NCBI GenBank assembly: GCA_052327205.1
Contig: JBMRGM010000038.1
Span: forward strand, 11,904,001 to 11,968,000
From: Somniosus microcephalus
Lineage: Eukaryota
Direction of reading: 5' to 3'
Length of the DNA: 64,000 bases
In this document: in pieces, positions 37,142 to 49,747 of the stretch
Layout: every line of letters starts with the position of its first letter
How positions within the stretch are numbered: the stretch's first letter is position 1
Made by a program: the position numbers and the translations under genes
The notes under the pieces: model-generated
Seen by the model: only the letters and a program-made list of their open reading frames with translations
Database searches by the model: none
What the model was told of the DNA's origin: nothing

Positions 37142-37814
37142 ACTCCAGCACTCGGTGCGTTGCATTGCTTCGACTCCATAGGAGCAGGAGGAGGCCATTC
37201 AGCCCCTCGAGCCTGTTGCGCCATTCAATTAGATCAGGACTGGGCTGTATCATCACTTCATTTACCCGCTTTGTTTCCGTAACCCTTAATACCCTTATCC
37301 ACAAAAATCTATCGACAGTAGGAGCAATCTTAAGCCTAAACGCGCTCCTCTCCCGGATCCAGACAGAAAAGGTTGCTTACTGACGGCCACCCTGCAGATT
37401 AATGAATTACATTTCTGAACTTCAGGGCATCAGAGTTTCCAGGGATTAAAAGGGAACAAAAGATGAACTTGGCCTCACTGTGGGTCAGTTTTCGCTCACT
37501 CAAATGTATCTGATTAGTGTTTTCGCTCACTCAAATGTATCTGATTAGTGAAGTGAAATAAAGAAATAATTAAAGAGAGAAGCCGCTGTAGCCCTATTGA
37601 AAAGAGAATAATCTCACCATGCATCTCTTCCGCTCCCAGTTCTAACGATGGTTAACTGACCTGAAAGGTTCACTCTGTATTTTTATCCACAGATGCTGCC
37701 TGACCTCTTGATAATTGCCAGCATTTTCCGTTTCTATTTCAGATTTACAGCAATTTTATTTTGTCATTCGGAACAAACCCGCTGGATGTTCATCCAAAGC
37801 AAGTTTAAACATAA

Positions 37815-37887
37815 TGTTCCCGCCCGGGCTAGAACCGGGGAACTTTCACGTGCAAAGCAAACGTGATAACCACTACACTACCGGCAC
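37815..37887 (-). pseudogene. tRNA-Val-body pseudogene with TGC anticodon
   Basis: ttTGCac loop; acceptor stem and B box mutated. Confidence 0.75.
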
Positions 37888-38240
37888 CGCTGTACACATA
37901 CCTTCTACACACGGGAACTGACCAGTGAACTCCCTCTGTGCTGATTGGTTCACCTTAAACAGCATCAATATAAAGGATGAGCTCACAAAATCAGCCGCAG
38001 TGCAGTCTGGTCAACGACAGCCCTCCTTTCATTATCAACAGAGGAAGAACAGACATGCATCGGAGTCAGACGCCACAACATTTAATTAGAGGCACAAATA
38101 CGAGTAACACATACTTCCACATCATTTCACTAAAAAATTATTTCACTAGATGTAAACGTTGACTGCATTGTATCTGAAAATGAGCACCGTGTGATATTTT
38201 GTTCACTATTGATTCTATTCTCTGCGAGCAGTGACGCAGA

Positions 38241-38313
38241 GTTTTTCGTAGTGTAGCGGTTGTCACGTTCACGTCACGAGCGACAAGTACCCGCTTCGAC
38301 TGCTGGCGGAAAA
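38241..38313 (+). pseudogene. tRNA-Val(CAC) pseudogene
   Basis: gtCACga loop; B box damaged. Confidence 0.75.
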
Positions 38314-38590
38314 GTTACATTCGCCAGCAGTTTATTCTGTGCATTGACCAATCCTGTTAATTTTTTAAACAGTTGCCCCAGATTTCTGCTTTCATAAGCA
38401 ATGAATATTTTAAACGAGGTTCCTAAAATACAATGTGCAAAACGAAATATGGTAAACAGTTCATTACTTACAAAGGGCAAAATGCGTTATTGAAGTGTGT
38501 TTCGCCTTTCTTTCACTCTGTAAATTATGGTAATCGGTTATTTAATGGTGATTGCAAAAGATTCAACTTCCAATGGTGCCGGCAAAACGA

Positions 38591-38670
38591 GCGCTCGTTT
38601 GTGATTTGAACCGCGCACTTCTCGGAAATTTAAACAACCACCGAAGCGAAAATCGGACCCCGAGAATGCT
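38591..38670 (-). pseudogene. tRNA-Pro(CGG) pseudogene with intron-like insert
   Basis: Reverse complement ttcgcttCGG-tggttgtttaaattt-ccgag...ggttcaaatcacaaacgagcgc. Confidence 0.7.
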
Positions 38671-39205
38671 GGCTCAAACCTAGCCGAGTGAGGATCTAAC
38701 CATTGATAAAATAATTTGTGTGTGTGGCTATTCTTCATGATCAGAGCATTGAGACGAGAAAGTGTCTTTGCCTTTTCGACCTGTCTTCTGAAGCGCCGCC
38801 CGGTCCCACTCCTACAGTTAATGAGCTGTTAGGACGATAATGTATCCGGGCTACAGGAGGCCACCCCAGGCGCAGCAGAGGAGTCCCGGCATTAGTTCTG
38901 CGTGGAAACAGTATTTTCCCCTTCTCTCTTCTTCTTCTCTATATCCATGTGCTTTTATTCCTCTATTTCTACCCCGTCTCAGTTTCCTGCATCATAACAT
39001 GGTGGGGATATTTTAGAGATGCGCTTTTTTTATTATTTAATGAAAGGACACCCAGACGGAGCGATTGAAACTGCAATTTGAATCCTGTCGCTGGCCTTGT
39101 GTTTTCCTGTTAATCTGTGTTGTTCTGCTTCCACATTCTCAATGAAAAATTTCCCAGCCTCAATTTTTAAATAAAATAAGACCCACATCTTATGTTAGCA
39201 ACAAG

Positions 39206-39547
39206 CACAGAATCACAACAATGCAGATAGAGGCCATTTCGGCCCATCGAGCCTGCACCGACACATATCCCACCCGATCCCCGTAACCCCTACACCAACA
39301 CCAACACTCCAACACATATCCCCATAACGTATTTAATCCCCGTAACACTAAGGGTCAATTTATCATAGCCAATCAACCTAACCCACACATCTTTGGACTG
39401 TGGGAGGAAACCGGAGCACCCGGAGGAAACCCACGCAAACACGGGGAGAATGTGCAAACTCCACACAGACAGTCGGGCGAGGTTGGATTCGAACCCGGGT
39501 CCTTGGCACTGTGATGCAACAGTGCTAACCACTATGCCACCGTGCTG
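39206..39547 (-). mobile_element. tRNA-derived V-SINE (HE1-like) with CR1-derived tail
   Basis: gcacggtggcatagtggttagcactg head, V-domain tgtgtggagtttgcacattctccccgtg...ggtttcctcc, gatgggccgaaatggcctct tail. Confidence 0.9.
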
Positions 39548-39791
39548 CGGTGGCATAGCGAGGGGAGATTCCCTAAATCACGCCAACATTCCCCAAAACC
39601 TCCTTACAGTACCGCAACCAAAGCTGTGTCCTTTATGGGAAATATCATTGAGAATTACTTCACTCACTCTGACGCTGCCATTTGAAAGGTATAATTCGCC
39701 TGTCAATGCATATTTTATTTATACTGAACCAAACATGCAAATGATTCCAGTTTCATATTTACTAAACTTGAATGGAGAAAAGGCATTAATT

Positions 39792-39865
39792 TGCCTCTAC
39801 CCACTTTCGAACCATTGAGGTTTCGTGTGTTAGCGGAATGCGATAACCACTACAACACCGGAAAC
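39792..39865 (-). pseudogene. tRNA-Val(AAC) pseudogene
   Basis: Homologue of 17859-17931. Confidence 0.75.
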
Positions 39866-40498
39866 TCTCCGGCACTCGGGTGCACTGCAGCGACTCCATA
39901 GGAACAGGAGGAGGCCATTCAGCCCCTCGAGCCTGTTGCGCCATTCAATTAGATCAGGGTTGACCTGTATCTTCACTCCATCTACCCGTTTTATTTCCAT
40001 AACCCTTAATACCCTTACCCAACAAAAATCTATCGAAAGTGGCGACAATCTTGAGCCTGAAACCAGCTGCACTCCCGGATCCAGACAGAAAAGTCTTCTT
40101 ACAGACAGCGACCTGCAGATTAATGAATTACATTTCTGAACTTCAGGGCATCAGAGATTCCAGGGATTAAAAGGGAAAAAAGATGAAATGGGCCTCACTG
40201 TGGATCAGTTTGCTTTCACTCAAAGGTATCTGATTAGTGAAGTGAAATAAAGAACAATTAAAAAGCCTCTTTAGCCCAATTGACAGGAGAATAAACTCGC
40301 CGTACATTTCTCTCGTTTCCCACTTCAAACGAAGGGTAATCGAACTGAAACGAACACTCCCTTTTTTTATCCACAGATACTGCCTGACCTTTTGAGAATT
40401 TCAAGCATTTTCCATTTCTATTTCACATTTACAGCAGTTTTCTTTTTACATTTGGAATAAAACCGCTGGATGTTCTTCCACAGCAAATTTAATCATAA

Positions 40499-40572
40499 TG
40501 CTCCCAGGCCGGACTCCAGCCGGGGACCTTTCACGTGTAAAGCGAACGTGATAACCACTACACTACGCGAAC
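40499..40572 (-). pseudogene. tRNA-Val(TAC) pseudogene
   Basis: ttTACac loop; T loop and 3' acceptor degenerate. Confidence 0.75.
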
Positions 40573-40932
40573 CGCTGTATGCAGATCGTTAAGAAAGGGG
40601 AACTGAGCAGTGAACTCCCTCTGTACTGATTGGTTCACCTTAAACAGCATCACTCAATATAAAGGATGAGCTCACAAATATCAGGCGCAGTGCAGTCTGG
40701 TCAACGTCGGCCCCTCCTTTCTTATTCAACAGAGGAAGAAGAGACATGAACGGGAGTCAGACGCCACAAACTTTAATTAAAGGCACTAATACGAGTTACA
40801 CATACTTCCAAATCTTTGCACAGAAAAATTATTTCACTTGATGTAAAAGCTGACTGCGTTGAATCTGAAAATGAGCACCGTGGGAAATGTTGTTCACTAC
40901 TGATTCTATTCTCTTTAGCTAATGCAGCAGAG

Positions 40933-41005
40933 GTTTTTGTAGTGTAGCGGTTGTCACGTTCGGCTCACAGGCGAAAAGTCTTCGGTTCAACCTCGAGCAG
41001 CAACA
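40933..41005 (+). pseudogene. tRNA-Val(CAC) pseudogene
   Basis: ctCACag loop; 3' half degenerate. Confidence 0.7.
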
Positions 41006-41284
41006 TTGCATTTACCAGGATTTTATTTTGTGCCGTGACCAATCCCGTTAATTTTAACAAAAGTTGCCCCAAATTTCTGTTTTAATAATCAATGAACATT
41101 TTAAACCAGACTCCTAAAATACATTGTGTAAAATGAGATATGGGTAACAGTTCATTATTATAAAGGAAAACATTGCGTTATTGAAGTGTGTTTCGTCTTT
41201 CTTTCATTCTGTAAATTATGGTAATCGGTTAGTTAATAGCGATTGCAAAAGGTTCAACTGCAAGTTAAAATGACGTGCAAAAGG

Positions 41285-41365
41285 AGCGCACGTTTGGGAT
41301 TTGAAAATCGGAATTCTCGGAAATCTAAACAACTACCGAAGCGAAAATCGGACCCCGAGAGCGCC
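41285..41365 (-). pseudogene. tRNA-Pro(CGG) pseudogene with intron-like insert
   Basis: Reverse complement ttcgcttCGG-tagttgtttagattt-ccgag. Confidence 0.6.
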
Positions 41366-42137
41366 GGTTGAAACCTGGCCGAGTGAGGAGCTCTCCATTG
41401 TAAAACCATTTTGTGTGTGTGGCTATTCTTGATGACCAGAGCACTTGAGACCGAGACAGTGTCTTTGCCTTTTTGATCTGTCTTCTGAAGCGCCGCCTGG
41501 TCCCACTCCTACAGTTAATGAGCTGCAAGGGCGTTAATGTATCCGGGCTGCAGAAGTCCACCCCAGGCGCAGCAGAGGAGTCCCGGCATTAGTTCTGCGT
41601 GGAAACAGTTTTTTCCCCTTCTCCCTTCCTCTTCTCTATATCCATGTGCTTTTATTTCTCTATTTCTACCCCCATCTCTTGAATCATACCATGGTGGGTC
41701 ATTTTTAGAGACGCGCTTTTTTATTACTTATTGACAGGACACCCAGACGGACCGATTGAAACTGCAGTTTGAATCCTGTCGCTGACCCTGTGTTTTCCTA
41801 TTAATCTGTGTTGTTCTGCTTCCACATTCTCAATGAGAAAGTTCTCTGCCTCAATTTTTGAATAAAATAAGGCCCACCTCTCATGTTAGCGACATGCGAG
41901 GGGAGATTCCCTAAATCAACGCCAACTTTCCCCAAATCCTCCTTACAGGACCGCAACCAAAACTGTGTCCTATATGGGAAATATCATTGAGAATTACTTC
42001 CCTGACTGTAACGTTGCCATTTGAATGGCATAATTCGCCTGTCAATGCCTATTTTATTCATACTGAAACAAACATGCAAATTATTCCAGTTTTCATATTT
42101 ACTAAACTTGAATGGAGAAAAGGCATGAAATTGGCTT

Positions 42138-43925
42138 TATAGCGAAATACTGCGGATGCTGGAAATCCGAACTAACAACAGAAAACGCTGGAAAAAATCC
42201 GCAGGCCAGGCAGCATCCGTGGAGAAAGAGGCAGAGTCGAAGAACTTTCATCAGAACAGGATAAAAGCAAGGAATTGAATAGATTTTAAAGCAAGTTTAG
42301 GGGCTGGGAAAAGAACAAAAGGGAAGGTCAGTGATAGGATAGAAAGCAGGAGAGATTAAGAGATATTGAGAGACATTAAGAGATATTCAAGGAAAGAGGA
42401 GGTGGTAATGGGTGAGGTTAAGGAATAAAGGATGGCTTTAGTTGAAGTGTGAATTGCGCTGGAAGAATGATGGACAGCTGCCATTTGGGGGGAAAGAATA
42501 AAAGGGCAAACAAAGAGTGTAGATTAAAAGAATATATATATATGTATATATGTATCTATATATATAAACGGATCGATCTGTCTGTCTGTCTGTCTATCTG
42601 TCTGTCTGTCTGTCCTCCAGTGTGCGTCTGTCCGGCTATGCGCTCGAAAGTTATAGGGCGTACCTGCGCGCGCGTTACCTCCAAAGAAAGCTTACGGTTC
42701 CGGGACGGTCGTAAGCGTATTTACTTTTCAGTCGGACGAAAATTGTTTGCGCCTTATGCAAAAAACCTTCAAAATTAAACTCATTATCTGCTACTTAGCA
42801 TTGATTGACTGACGTCAAGGTTCGACCAATCCTGTGCCGTCATGATTGACCAATCTTACAGTTCGATTGCCTGATGGTTGGCCAATCGCTGCGTCTGTGG
42901 GCGGGACTAATGCTTTTCAACTCAGGCATCGGGCAGCCATTGCTTCACTACTTCCAGCTCAAACTACTCTACTCATCCAGCTTCGAAAAAGTTAGTCTCT
43001 CTTTTTAAAATAACATAAGATTTACCAAAAACGTTTTATAAGTACTTTCACTTTCATCTTTCAAGGTATTAAAAGGTAGAAATGTTGCCCAGCAGCAGAT
43101 TCACACAGGGAGAGAGAGACAGGGCCCGAAAGCCTGGGAGTCAATTTAAAAGGTTGCCCGGCAGCACATTCAAATAACATAAGATTTACCAAAAACATTT
43201 TATAAGTACTTTCACTTTCATCTTTTAAGGTATTAAAAGGCAGAAATGTTGCCTGGCAGCAGATTGAGAGAGGGACACAGAGACAGGGCCCAAAAGCCTG
43301 GGACTCGATTTAAAATGTTGCCCGGCAGCAGATTCACAGAGGGACACAGAGAGGCCCCAATGCCCCCAGCTCAAAATCTGCTCATCCAGCTTCGAAAAAG
43401 TTAGTATCTCTTTTAAAAATAACATAAGATTTACCAAAAACGTTTTATAAGTACTTTCACTTTCATCTTTGAAGGTATTAAAAGGTAGAAATGTTGCCCG
43501 GCAGCAGATTGAGAGAGGGACACAGAGACAGGGCCCAAAAGCCTGGGACTCGATTTAAAATGTTGCCCGGCACCAGATTCACAGAGGGACACAGAGAGGC
43601 CCCAAAGCCTGGCACTCGATTTAAGCCGCCCGGCCCAAAACAGCCCTGGCAAAGCCGGGCTCCACCAGCTAGTATATATATATATATGTGATAGGGGCCG
43701 AGGTTATGATCCGAAATTGTTGAACATTATGTTGAGTCTAAAAGGCTGTAAAGTGCCTAATCGAAAGTTGAGCTGCTGTTCCTCGAGCATACGATGAGCT
43801 TCCATGGAACAATGCAACAGGTCGAGGACGGTGAGGTCTGAGTGGGAGTGGAGCGGTGAATTAAAGTGACAGGCCACCGGGAGCTCGGGGTCACCCTGAC
43901 GGACTGAACAGAGGTGCTCCGCATA
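42138..43925 (-). mobile_element. Penelope-like element 3' fragment, split by a Helitron
   Basis: Minus-strand frame at 43700-43925 reads EHLCSVRQGDPELPVACHFNS...HSDL...LEEQQLNFRLGTLQP (GIY-YIG C-terminus); 3' UTR tgcggatgctggaaat...gcagcatc; degenerate ~14-bp duplication gcatgaaattggct/gcataaaattacct. Confidence 0.75.
42555..43672 (+). mobile_element. Complete non-autonomous Helitron (family B)
   Basis: A|TC start with (TCTG)n, hairpin GCCCTGGC-aaa-GCCGGGC at 43643-43660, CTAG|T end, no TSD, inserted in a (TA)n tract. Confidence 0.85.
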
Positions 43926-43929
43926 AAAT

Positions 43930-44002
43930 TACCTCTACCCACTTTGAAAAGGTTGATTTTTCGTGTGTTACCTGAATGCGATATCCACTACACACCGGAA
44001 AC
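43930..44002 (-). pseudogene. tRNA-Val(AAC) pseudogene
   Basis: Degenerate homologue, gtAACac loop. Confidence 0.65.
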
Positions 44003-44262
44003 CCTCCAGCACTGCATTGCAGCGACTCCATAGGAACAGGAGGAGGCCATTCAGCCCCTCGAGCCTGTTGCGCCATTCAATTAGATCAGGGTTGATCTGT
44101 ATCTTCACTCCATTTACCTGCTTTGTTTCCGTAACCCTTAATACCTTTACCCAACAAAAATCTATCGACAGGAGCAGCAAACTTGATCCTGAAACCAGCT
44201 GCACTCCCGGATCCAGACAGAAAAGGCTCTTTACTGACGGCCACCCTGGAGATTAATGGATT

Positions 44263-47200
44263 ACAAGTCGGACGGGTTGCACCTGAACCAGAGCGGGACA
44301 AATATCCTTGCGGGGAGGTTTGCTAGCACTGTTGGGGGGGGTTTAAACTAACTTGGCAGGGGGATGGGATACAGAGGGGAGCTGAAATAGGGGGTGATGT
44401 GCTGCCAATTATACAGAAAAAACAAGTCAGCTTGGTAGACAGGGCAAATATATAAGGGCAAGGCTGGATGGCATCTATTTTAATGCAAGGAGTCTTGCAA
44501 ATAAGGTGGATGAACTGAAAGTGTTGAGAAACACATGGGAGTATGATATTGTTGCTATCACGGAGACATGGTTGAGGGAGGGGCAAGACTGGCAGCTCAA
44601 TATTCTGGGGTACAGAATCTTCAGGTGAGACAGAGGGGGAGGTATAAGAGGAGGGGGTGTCGCAATATTAATTAAGGAGTCAGCACGGTGGCATAGTGGT
44701 TAGCACTGTTGCCTCACAGCGCCAGGGACCCGGGTTCAAATCCGGCCTCGGGTGACTCTCTGTGTGGAGTTTGCACATTCTCCCCGTGTTTGCGTGGGTT
44801 TCCTCCGGGTGCTCCGGTTTCCTCCCACAGTCCAAAGATGTGCGGGTTAGGTTGATTGGCTATGATAAATTGACCCTTAGTGTTAGGGGGATTAAATAGG
44901 TGGGGTTACGTGTTGGTGTAGGGGTTACGGGGATCGGGTGGGATATGTGTCGGTGCAGGCTCGATGGGCCGAAATGGCCTCTATCTGCACTGTGGGGATT
45001 CTGTGATTCTGTGAATTACTGCAGTAAGGAGGGATGATATATTAGCAGGTTCCTCTAATGAGGCCATATGGGTGCAACTTAAAAACAAAAAGGGGGCAAG
45101 CACTTTGCTGGGAGTGTACTATAGGCCTCCAAACAGTCAGGGGGAGATAGAGGAACAGATATGTTGGCAAATCTCAGAGAAATGTGCAAATAATAGGGTA
45201 ATAACAATGGGGGATTTCAACTTCCCCAATATTAACTGGGATAGTCAGAGTGTGAAAGGCTCAGAGGGAGCAGAATTCTTAAAGTGCATCCAGGAGATCT
45301 TTTTGAGCCAGCATGTAGAAAGTCCTACAAGAGAGGGGGCGGTACTGGACCTAATTCTAGGGAATGTGGCCGGCCTAATGGAAAAAGTGCTAGTAGGTGA
45401 GCACTTTGGTGACAGTGACCATAATATGGTGAGATTTAAGGTGGTCATGGAAAAGGACAGGGATGGGCCGGAAATAAATGTTCTAAATTGGGGGAAGGCC
45501 GATTTTAATAGGATAAGGCAGGATCTAGCCAAAATGGACTGGGATCAGCTACTTGTAGGAAAATCCGCATCGGAGCAATGGGAGGCTTTCAGAAGGGAGA
45601 TTGAGATCATACAATGGCAACATGTTCCCGTAAAGGTCAAGGGTGGTTCCAAAAACCACAGGGAACCTTGGATGTCAGGGGATATACGAGAATGGATTAG
45701 GAATAAAAGGAGGGCTTTTGGCAGATACAAAAGGCTAAAGACGGAGGAAGCCCTAGAGGAGTACAAAAAGTGCAGGGGGATACTTAAAAAAGAAGTTAGG
45801 AGATCAAGGAGGGGCCATGAAATAACACTGGCGAGCAAAATAAAGGAAAATCCTAAGATGTTTTATAAGTATATTAAGGGTAAGAGGATAACTAGGGAAA
45901 AAATAGGGCCCATTAGGGTCAAAAGTGGCAATCTGTGTGTGGAGCCGGAAGATGTAGGAGGGGTTCTAAATGAATTTTTTGCATCTGTTTTCACTATGGA
46001 GAAGGACGATGTAGACATAGAAATAGGGCGGGGGGACTGTGATATGCGCGAACATATTAACATTGAGAGGGAGGAGGTATTGGCGGTTTTAGCTGGCCTA
46101 AAAATGGATAAATCCCCAGGCCCGGATGAAATGTATCCCAGGCTGCTGTGTGAGGCAAAGGAAGAGATTGCGGGGGCTCTAACACATATATTCAGGACCT
46201 CTCTGGCCACAGGGGATGTGCCAGAGGACTGGAGAACCGTTAATGTAGTACCATTATTCAAGAAGGGAAGTAGGAAAAACCGGGGAGCTACAGGCCAGTG
46301 AGCCTAACATCAGTGGTAGGAAAATTATTGGAAAAAATTCTGACAGACAAAATTTGTCTCCACTTGGAGAGGCAAGGATTAATCAGGGATAGTCAACATG
46401 GCTTTGTCAAGGGAAGATCATGTCTGACTAATTTGATTGAATTTTTTGAGGGGGTGACTAGGTGTGTGGATGAGGGTAACGCAGTGGATGTGGTATACAT
46501 GGATTTCAGTAAGGCCTTCGATAAAGTCCCGCACAGGAGACTGGTCAAGAAGGTAAGAGTCCATGCAATCCAGGGTGCCTTGGCACATTGGATACAAAAC
46601 TGGCTTAGTGGCAGAAGGCAGAGGGCGATGGTCGAAGGTTGTTTTTGTGACTGGAAGCTTGTGGACAGTGTGGCACCACAGGGATCGGTGCTGGGTCCCT
46701 TGCTGTTTGCGGTCTACATTAATGACTTGGATATGAATGTAAAAGGTATGATCAGTAAGTTCGCGGATGATACAAAAATTGGTAGGGTGGTAAATAGCGA
46801 GGAGGGTAGCCTCAGTCTGCAGGATGATATAGATGGGTTGGTCAGATGGACGGAACAGTGGCAAATGGAATTTAACACGGAAAAGTGCGAGGTGATGCAC
46901 TTTGGGGGGACTAACAAGGCAAGGGAATACACAATGAATGGTAAGACCCTAGGCAAGACGGAGGGTTAGAGGGATCTGGGTGTGCAAGTACACAGATCCC
47001 TGAAGGCGGCGGAACAGGTGGATAAGGTGGTAAAAAAGGCATATGGGATACTTGCCTTCATTAGCCGAGGCATTGAATATAAGAGCAAGGAGGTTATGAT
47101 GGAGCTGTATAAAACACTGGTTAGGCCACAGCTGGAATACTGTGTGCAGTTCTGGTCGCCACACTACAGGAAGGATGTGATCGCGTTGGAGAGGGTGCAG

Positions 47201-47671
47201 AGGTGGTTCGCCAGGATGTTACCAGGGCTGGAGCGCTTCAGCTCTGAAGAGAGACTGGGCAGATTGGGTTTGTTTTCCTTGGAGCAGAGGAGGCTGAGGG
47301 GGGACATGATTGAGGTGTACAAAATTATGAGGGGCATAGATAGGATGGATGCTGAGGAGCTTTTTCCCTTAGTAGAGGGGTCAATAACTAGGGGGCATAG
47401 ATTCAAGGTAAAGGGCGGGAGGTTTAAAGGGGATTTGAGAAAGAACTTTTTCACCCAGAGGGTGGTTGGAGTCTGGAACTCACTGCCTGAAAGGGGTGTG
47501 GAGGCAGGAACCCTCACAACATTTAAGAAGCATTTGGATGAGCACTTGAAATGCCATAGCATACAAGGCTACGGACCAAATGCTGGAATATGGGATTAGA
47601 TTAGACAGGGCTTGATGGCCGGCGTGGACACAATGGGCCGAAGGGCCTCTATCTGTGCTGTATAACTCTAT
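44263..47671 (+). mobile_element. CR1 LINE (end of ORF1 plus disrupted ORF2) with nested SINE; tail interrupted by MITEs
   Basis: ORF2 pieces 45072-46301, 46298-46969, 46982-47599, close paralogue of the 33510 copy; array sequence resumes at ~49756. Confidence 0.95.
44682..45013 (+). mobile_element. V-SINE (HE1-like) nested in CR1 ORF2
   Basis: Same family as 39206-39547; splits aaggagtc|aattactgc, which is intact in the 33510 copy; gattctgt tail. Confidence 0.95.
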
Positions 47672-48353
47672 GGCCTAGAAATTCAGTGCCCTTAGCGCCG
47701 ATTTTGCGGCGCTAGAGGGCCTAGCGCTGCAATTGGCGCCGGCGCCGAAATTGCCTGGGGCCCTTCCGCCACGGTAGACCGGTAGCGCTGCGCCAGCACC
47801 GATGACGTCATTGGTGTGCGCAGCGTCCCGGTTGCCATGCCGACGGGCCCCAGCACCGAAATTCAGTTGCGGCCGCCTCGCCCGTGGCAGCCGCAACTAA
47901 GACTCTGGCAACAGAGTCTTACATGACTTTGCGCCGGCGCATTAAAGGCCCCGCGGCGGCCGGCCGCTTTCCCGCCGGCCGCCTGGCCGCAGCTCCCTCC
48001 CCGGACTTCCCCCCCCCCCCGGAACAGAAGCAAGCCCGGCACTTGTCCGAGGTGCCGGGCTCATTTTTAAAAAGATTTTCGCGGGCCGCGGCCGGGTGCA
48101 GGCAGCTCCTCCTTAAGGGAAGGAGGAGGCCTGCACTTCCCGAACCTGCCGCACCGCAGCAGGCGCCGCAGCGCCGGAATAGCGCCGAAATTCAGTGCGT
48201 TGCGCCAGTTTTCAGGCGCAAACAGCTCTCAGCAGCGCCGGCAGCCGTTTGGGCGCAGAACTATTGAATTTTGGGCCCGGCCAGCGCGACTTAGCTCCGG
48301 CACTAACTTCCGGCGCTAAAGCCCTGGCTGCGCCAAAACACAATTTCTAGGCC
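47672..48353 (-). mobile_element. Harbinger MITE 1
   Basis: TIR GGCCTAGAAATT / AATTTCTAGGCC; flanks TAT/TTT; inverted near-copy of MITE 3. Confidence 0.9.
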
Positions 48354-48364
48354 TTTGACTCTAT

Positions 48365-49062
48365 GGCCTAGAAATTGAGTTGGCGCCACGCCAGGGCTTT
48401 AGCGCCGGAAATTTAGCGCCGGCGCTAAGTCCCCCTGCGCGCGCCAAAAATTCAGTAGCGCCGCGGCCAGACGGCTGCCGGCGCTACTGGAGGGTGTCAG
48501 CGCCTCGCAATGGGCGCTGACTGCCGCATTGCGGCACTAATCCGCCGCTGCGGCACCCGATGCGGTGCGGCAGGCTGGGGAAGTGCAGGCCTCCTCCTTC
48601 CGTTAAGGAGGAGCTGCCTGCACCCGACCGCTGGCCGTTGATCTGTGGAGAAAAATGAGCCCGGCACCTCGGAGAAGTGCCGGGCTCGCGGCCCACACGC
48701 ATCTGTGCCGCGGGGGGGTGTTGGAGGAGTCCGGGGAGGGAGGTGCAGGCAGGCGGCCGCCGGGAAAGCGGCCGGCCGCCACGCGACCTTAATGCGCCGG
48801 TGCTAAGACCCGTAGCGAACTTTTGAAAAATCGTTGGTTGCGGCTGCCACGGGTGAGGCGGCCGCAACTCAATTTCGGCATTCGGGCACGTTGCCACGGC
48901 AACCGGGACGCTGCGCACACCGATGACGTCATCGGTGCCGGTGCAGCGCAACCGGCTAACGCCAATGGCAGCGCCCAAGTGAATTTCTCAATCGGCTGTA
49001 CTTGCGGCGCTAGGCCCTCTAGCGCCTCAAAATGGGCGCTAACGCCACTCAATTTCTAGGCC
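48365..49062 (+). mobile_element. Harbinger MITE 2 (diverged subfamily)
   Basis: TIR GGCCTAGAAATTGAGT / ACTCAATTTCTAGGCC; TAT duplication. Confidence 0.9.
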
Positions 49063-49065
49063 TAT

Positions 49066-49747
49066 GGCCTAGAAATTGAGTTTTGGCGCTGCCAGGGCTT
49101 TAGCGCCGGAAGTTAGTGCCGGAGCTAAGTCGCGCTGGTCGGGCCCAAAATTCACTGGTTCTGCGCCCAAACGGCTGCCGGCGCTGCTGAAAGCTGTTAG
49201 CGCCTGAAAACTGACGCTATGCACTGAATTTCGGCGCTATTCCGGCGCTGCGGCGCCCGCTGCGGTGCGGCAGGTTCGGGAAGTGCAGGCCTCCTCCTTC
49301 CCTTAAGGAGGAGCTGCCTGCACCCGGCCGCGGCCCGCGATAATCTTATTAAAAATGAGCCCGGCACCTCGGACAAGTGCCAGGCTTGCTTCTGTTCCGG
49401 GGGGGGGGGGAAGTCCGGGGAGGGAGCTGCGGCCAGGCGGGCGGCGGGAAAGCGGCCGGCCGCCGCGGGGCCTTTAATGCGCCGGCGCAAACTTGTGCAA
49501 GGCACCTCTGCCAGAACGTTGCTTGCGGCTGCCACGGGCGAGGCGGCCGCAAGTCAATTTCGGCGCTGGGGCCTGTCACCACAGCAACCGGGACGCTGCG
49601 CACACCGATGACGTCATCGGTGCCGGCGCAGCGCTACCGGTCTACCGCGGCGGAAGGGCCCCAGGCAATTTAGGTGCCGGCGCCAATTGCAGCGCTAGGC
49701 CCTCTAGCGCCGCAAAATCGGCGCTAAGTGCACTGAATTTCTAGGCC
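49066..49747 (+). mobile_element. Harbinger MITE 3
   Basis: Same TIR core; TAT on both sides. Confidence 0.9.

Noticed and set aside
39470-39547. Additional tRNA genes here and at 44682-44755
   Set aside because: These are tRNA-derived heads of V-SINEs
41428-41490. Possible C/D box snoRNA (TGATGA...CTGA)
   Set aside because: Box C is not conserved in other units (atgatca, tgatgg) and there is no recognisable guide or host intron
47675-49744. GC-rich ORFs / CpG-island gene
   Set aside because: Entirely within three non-coding MITEs
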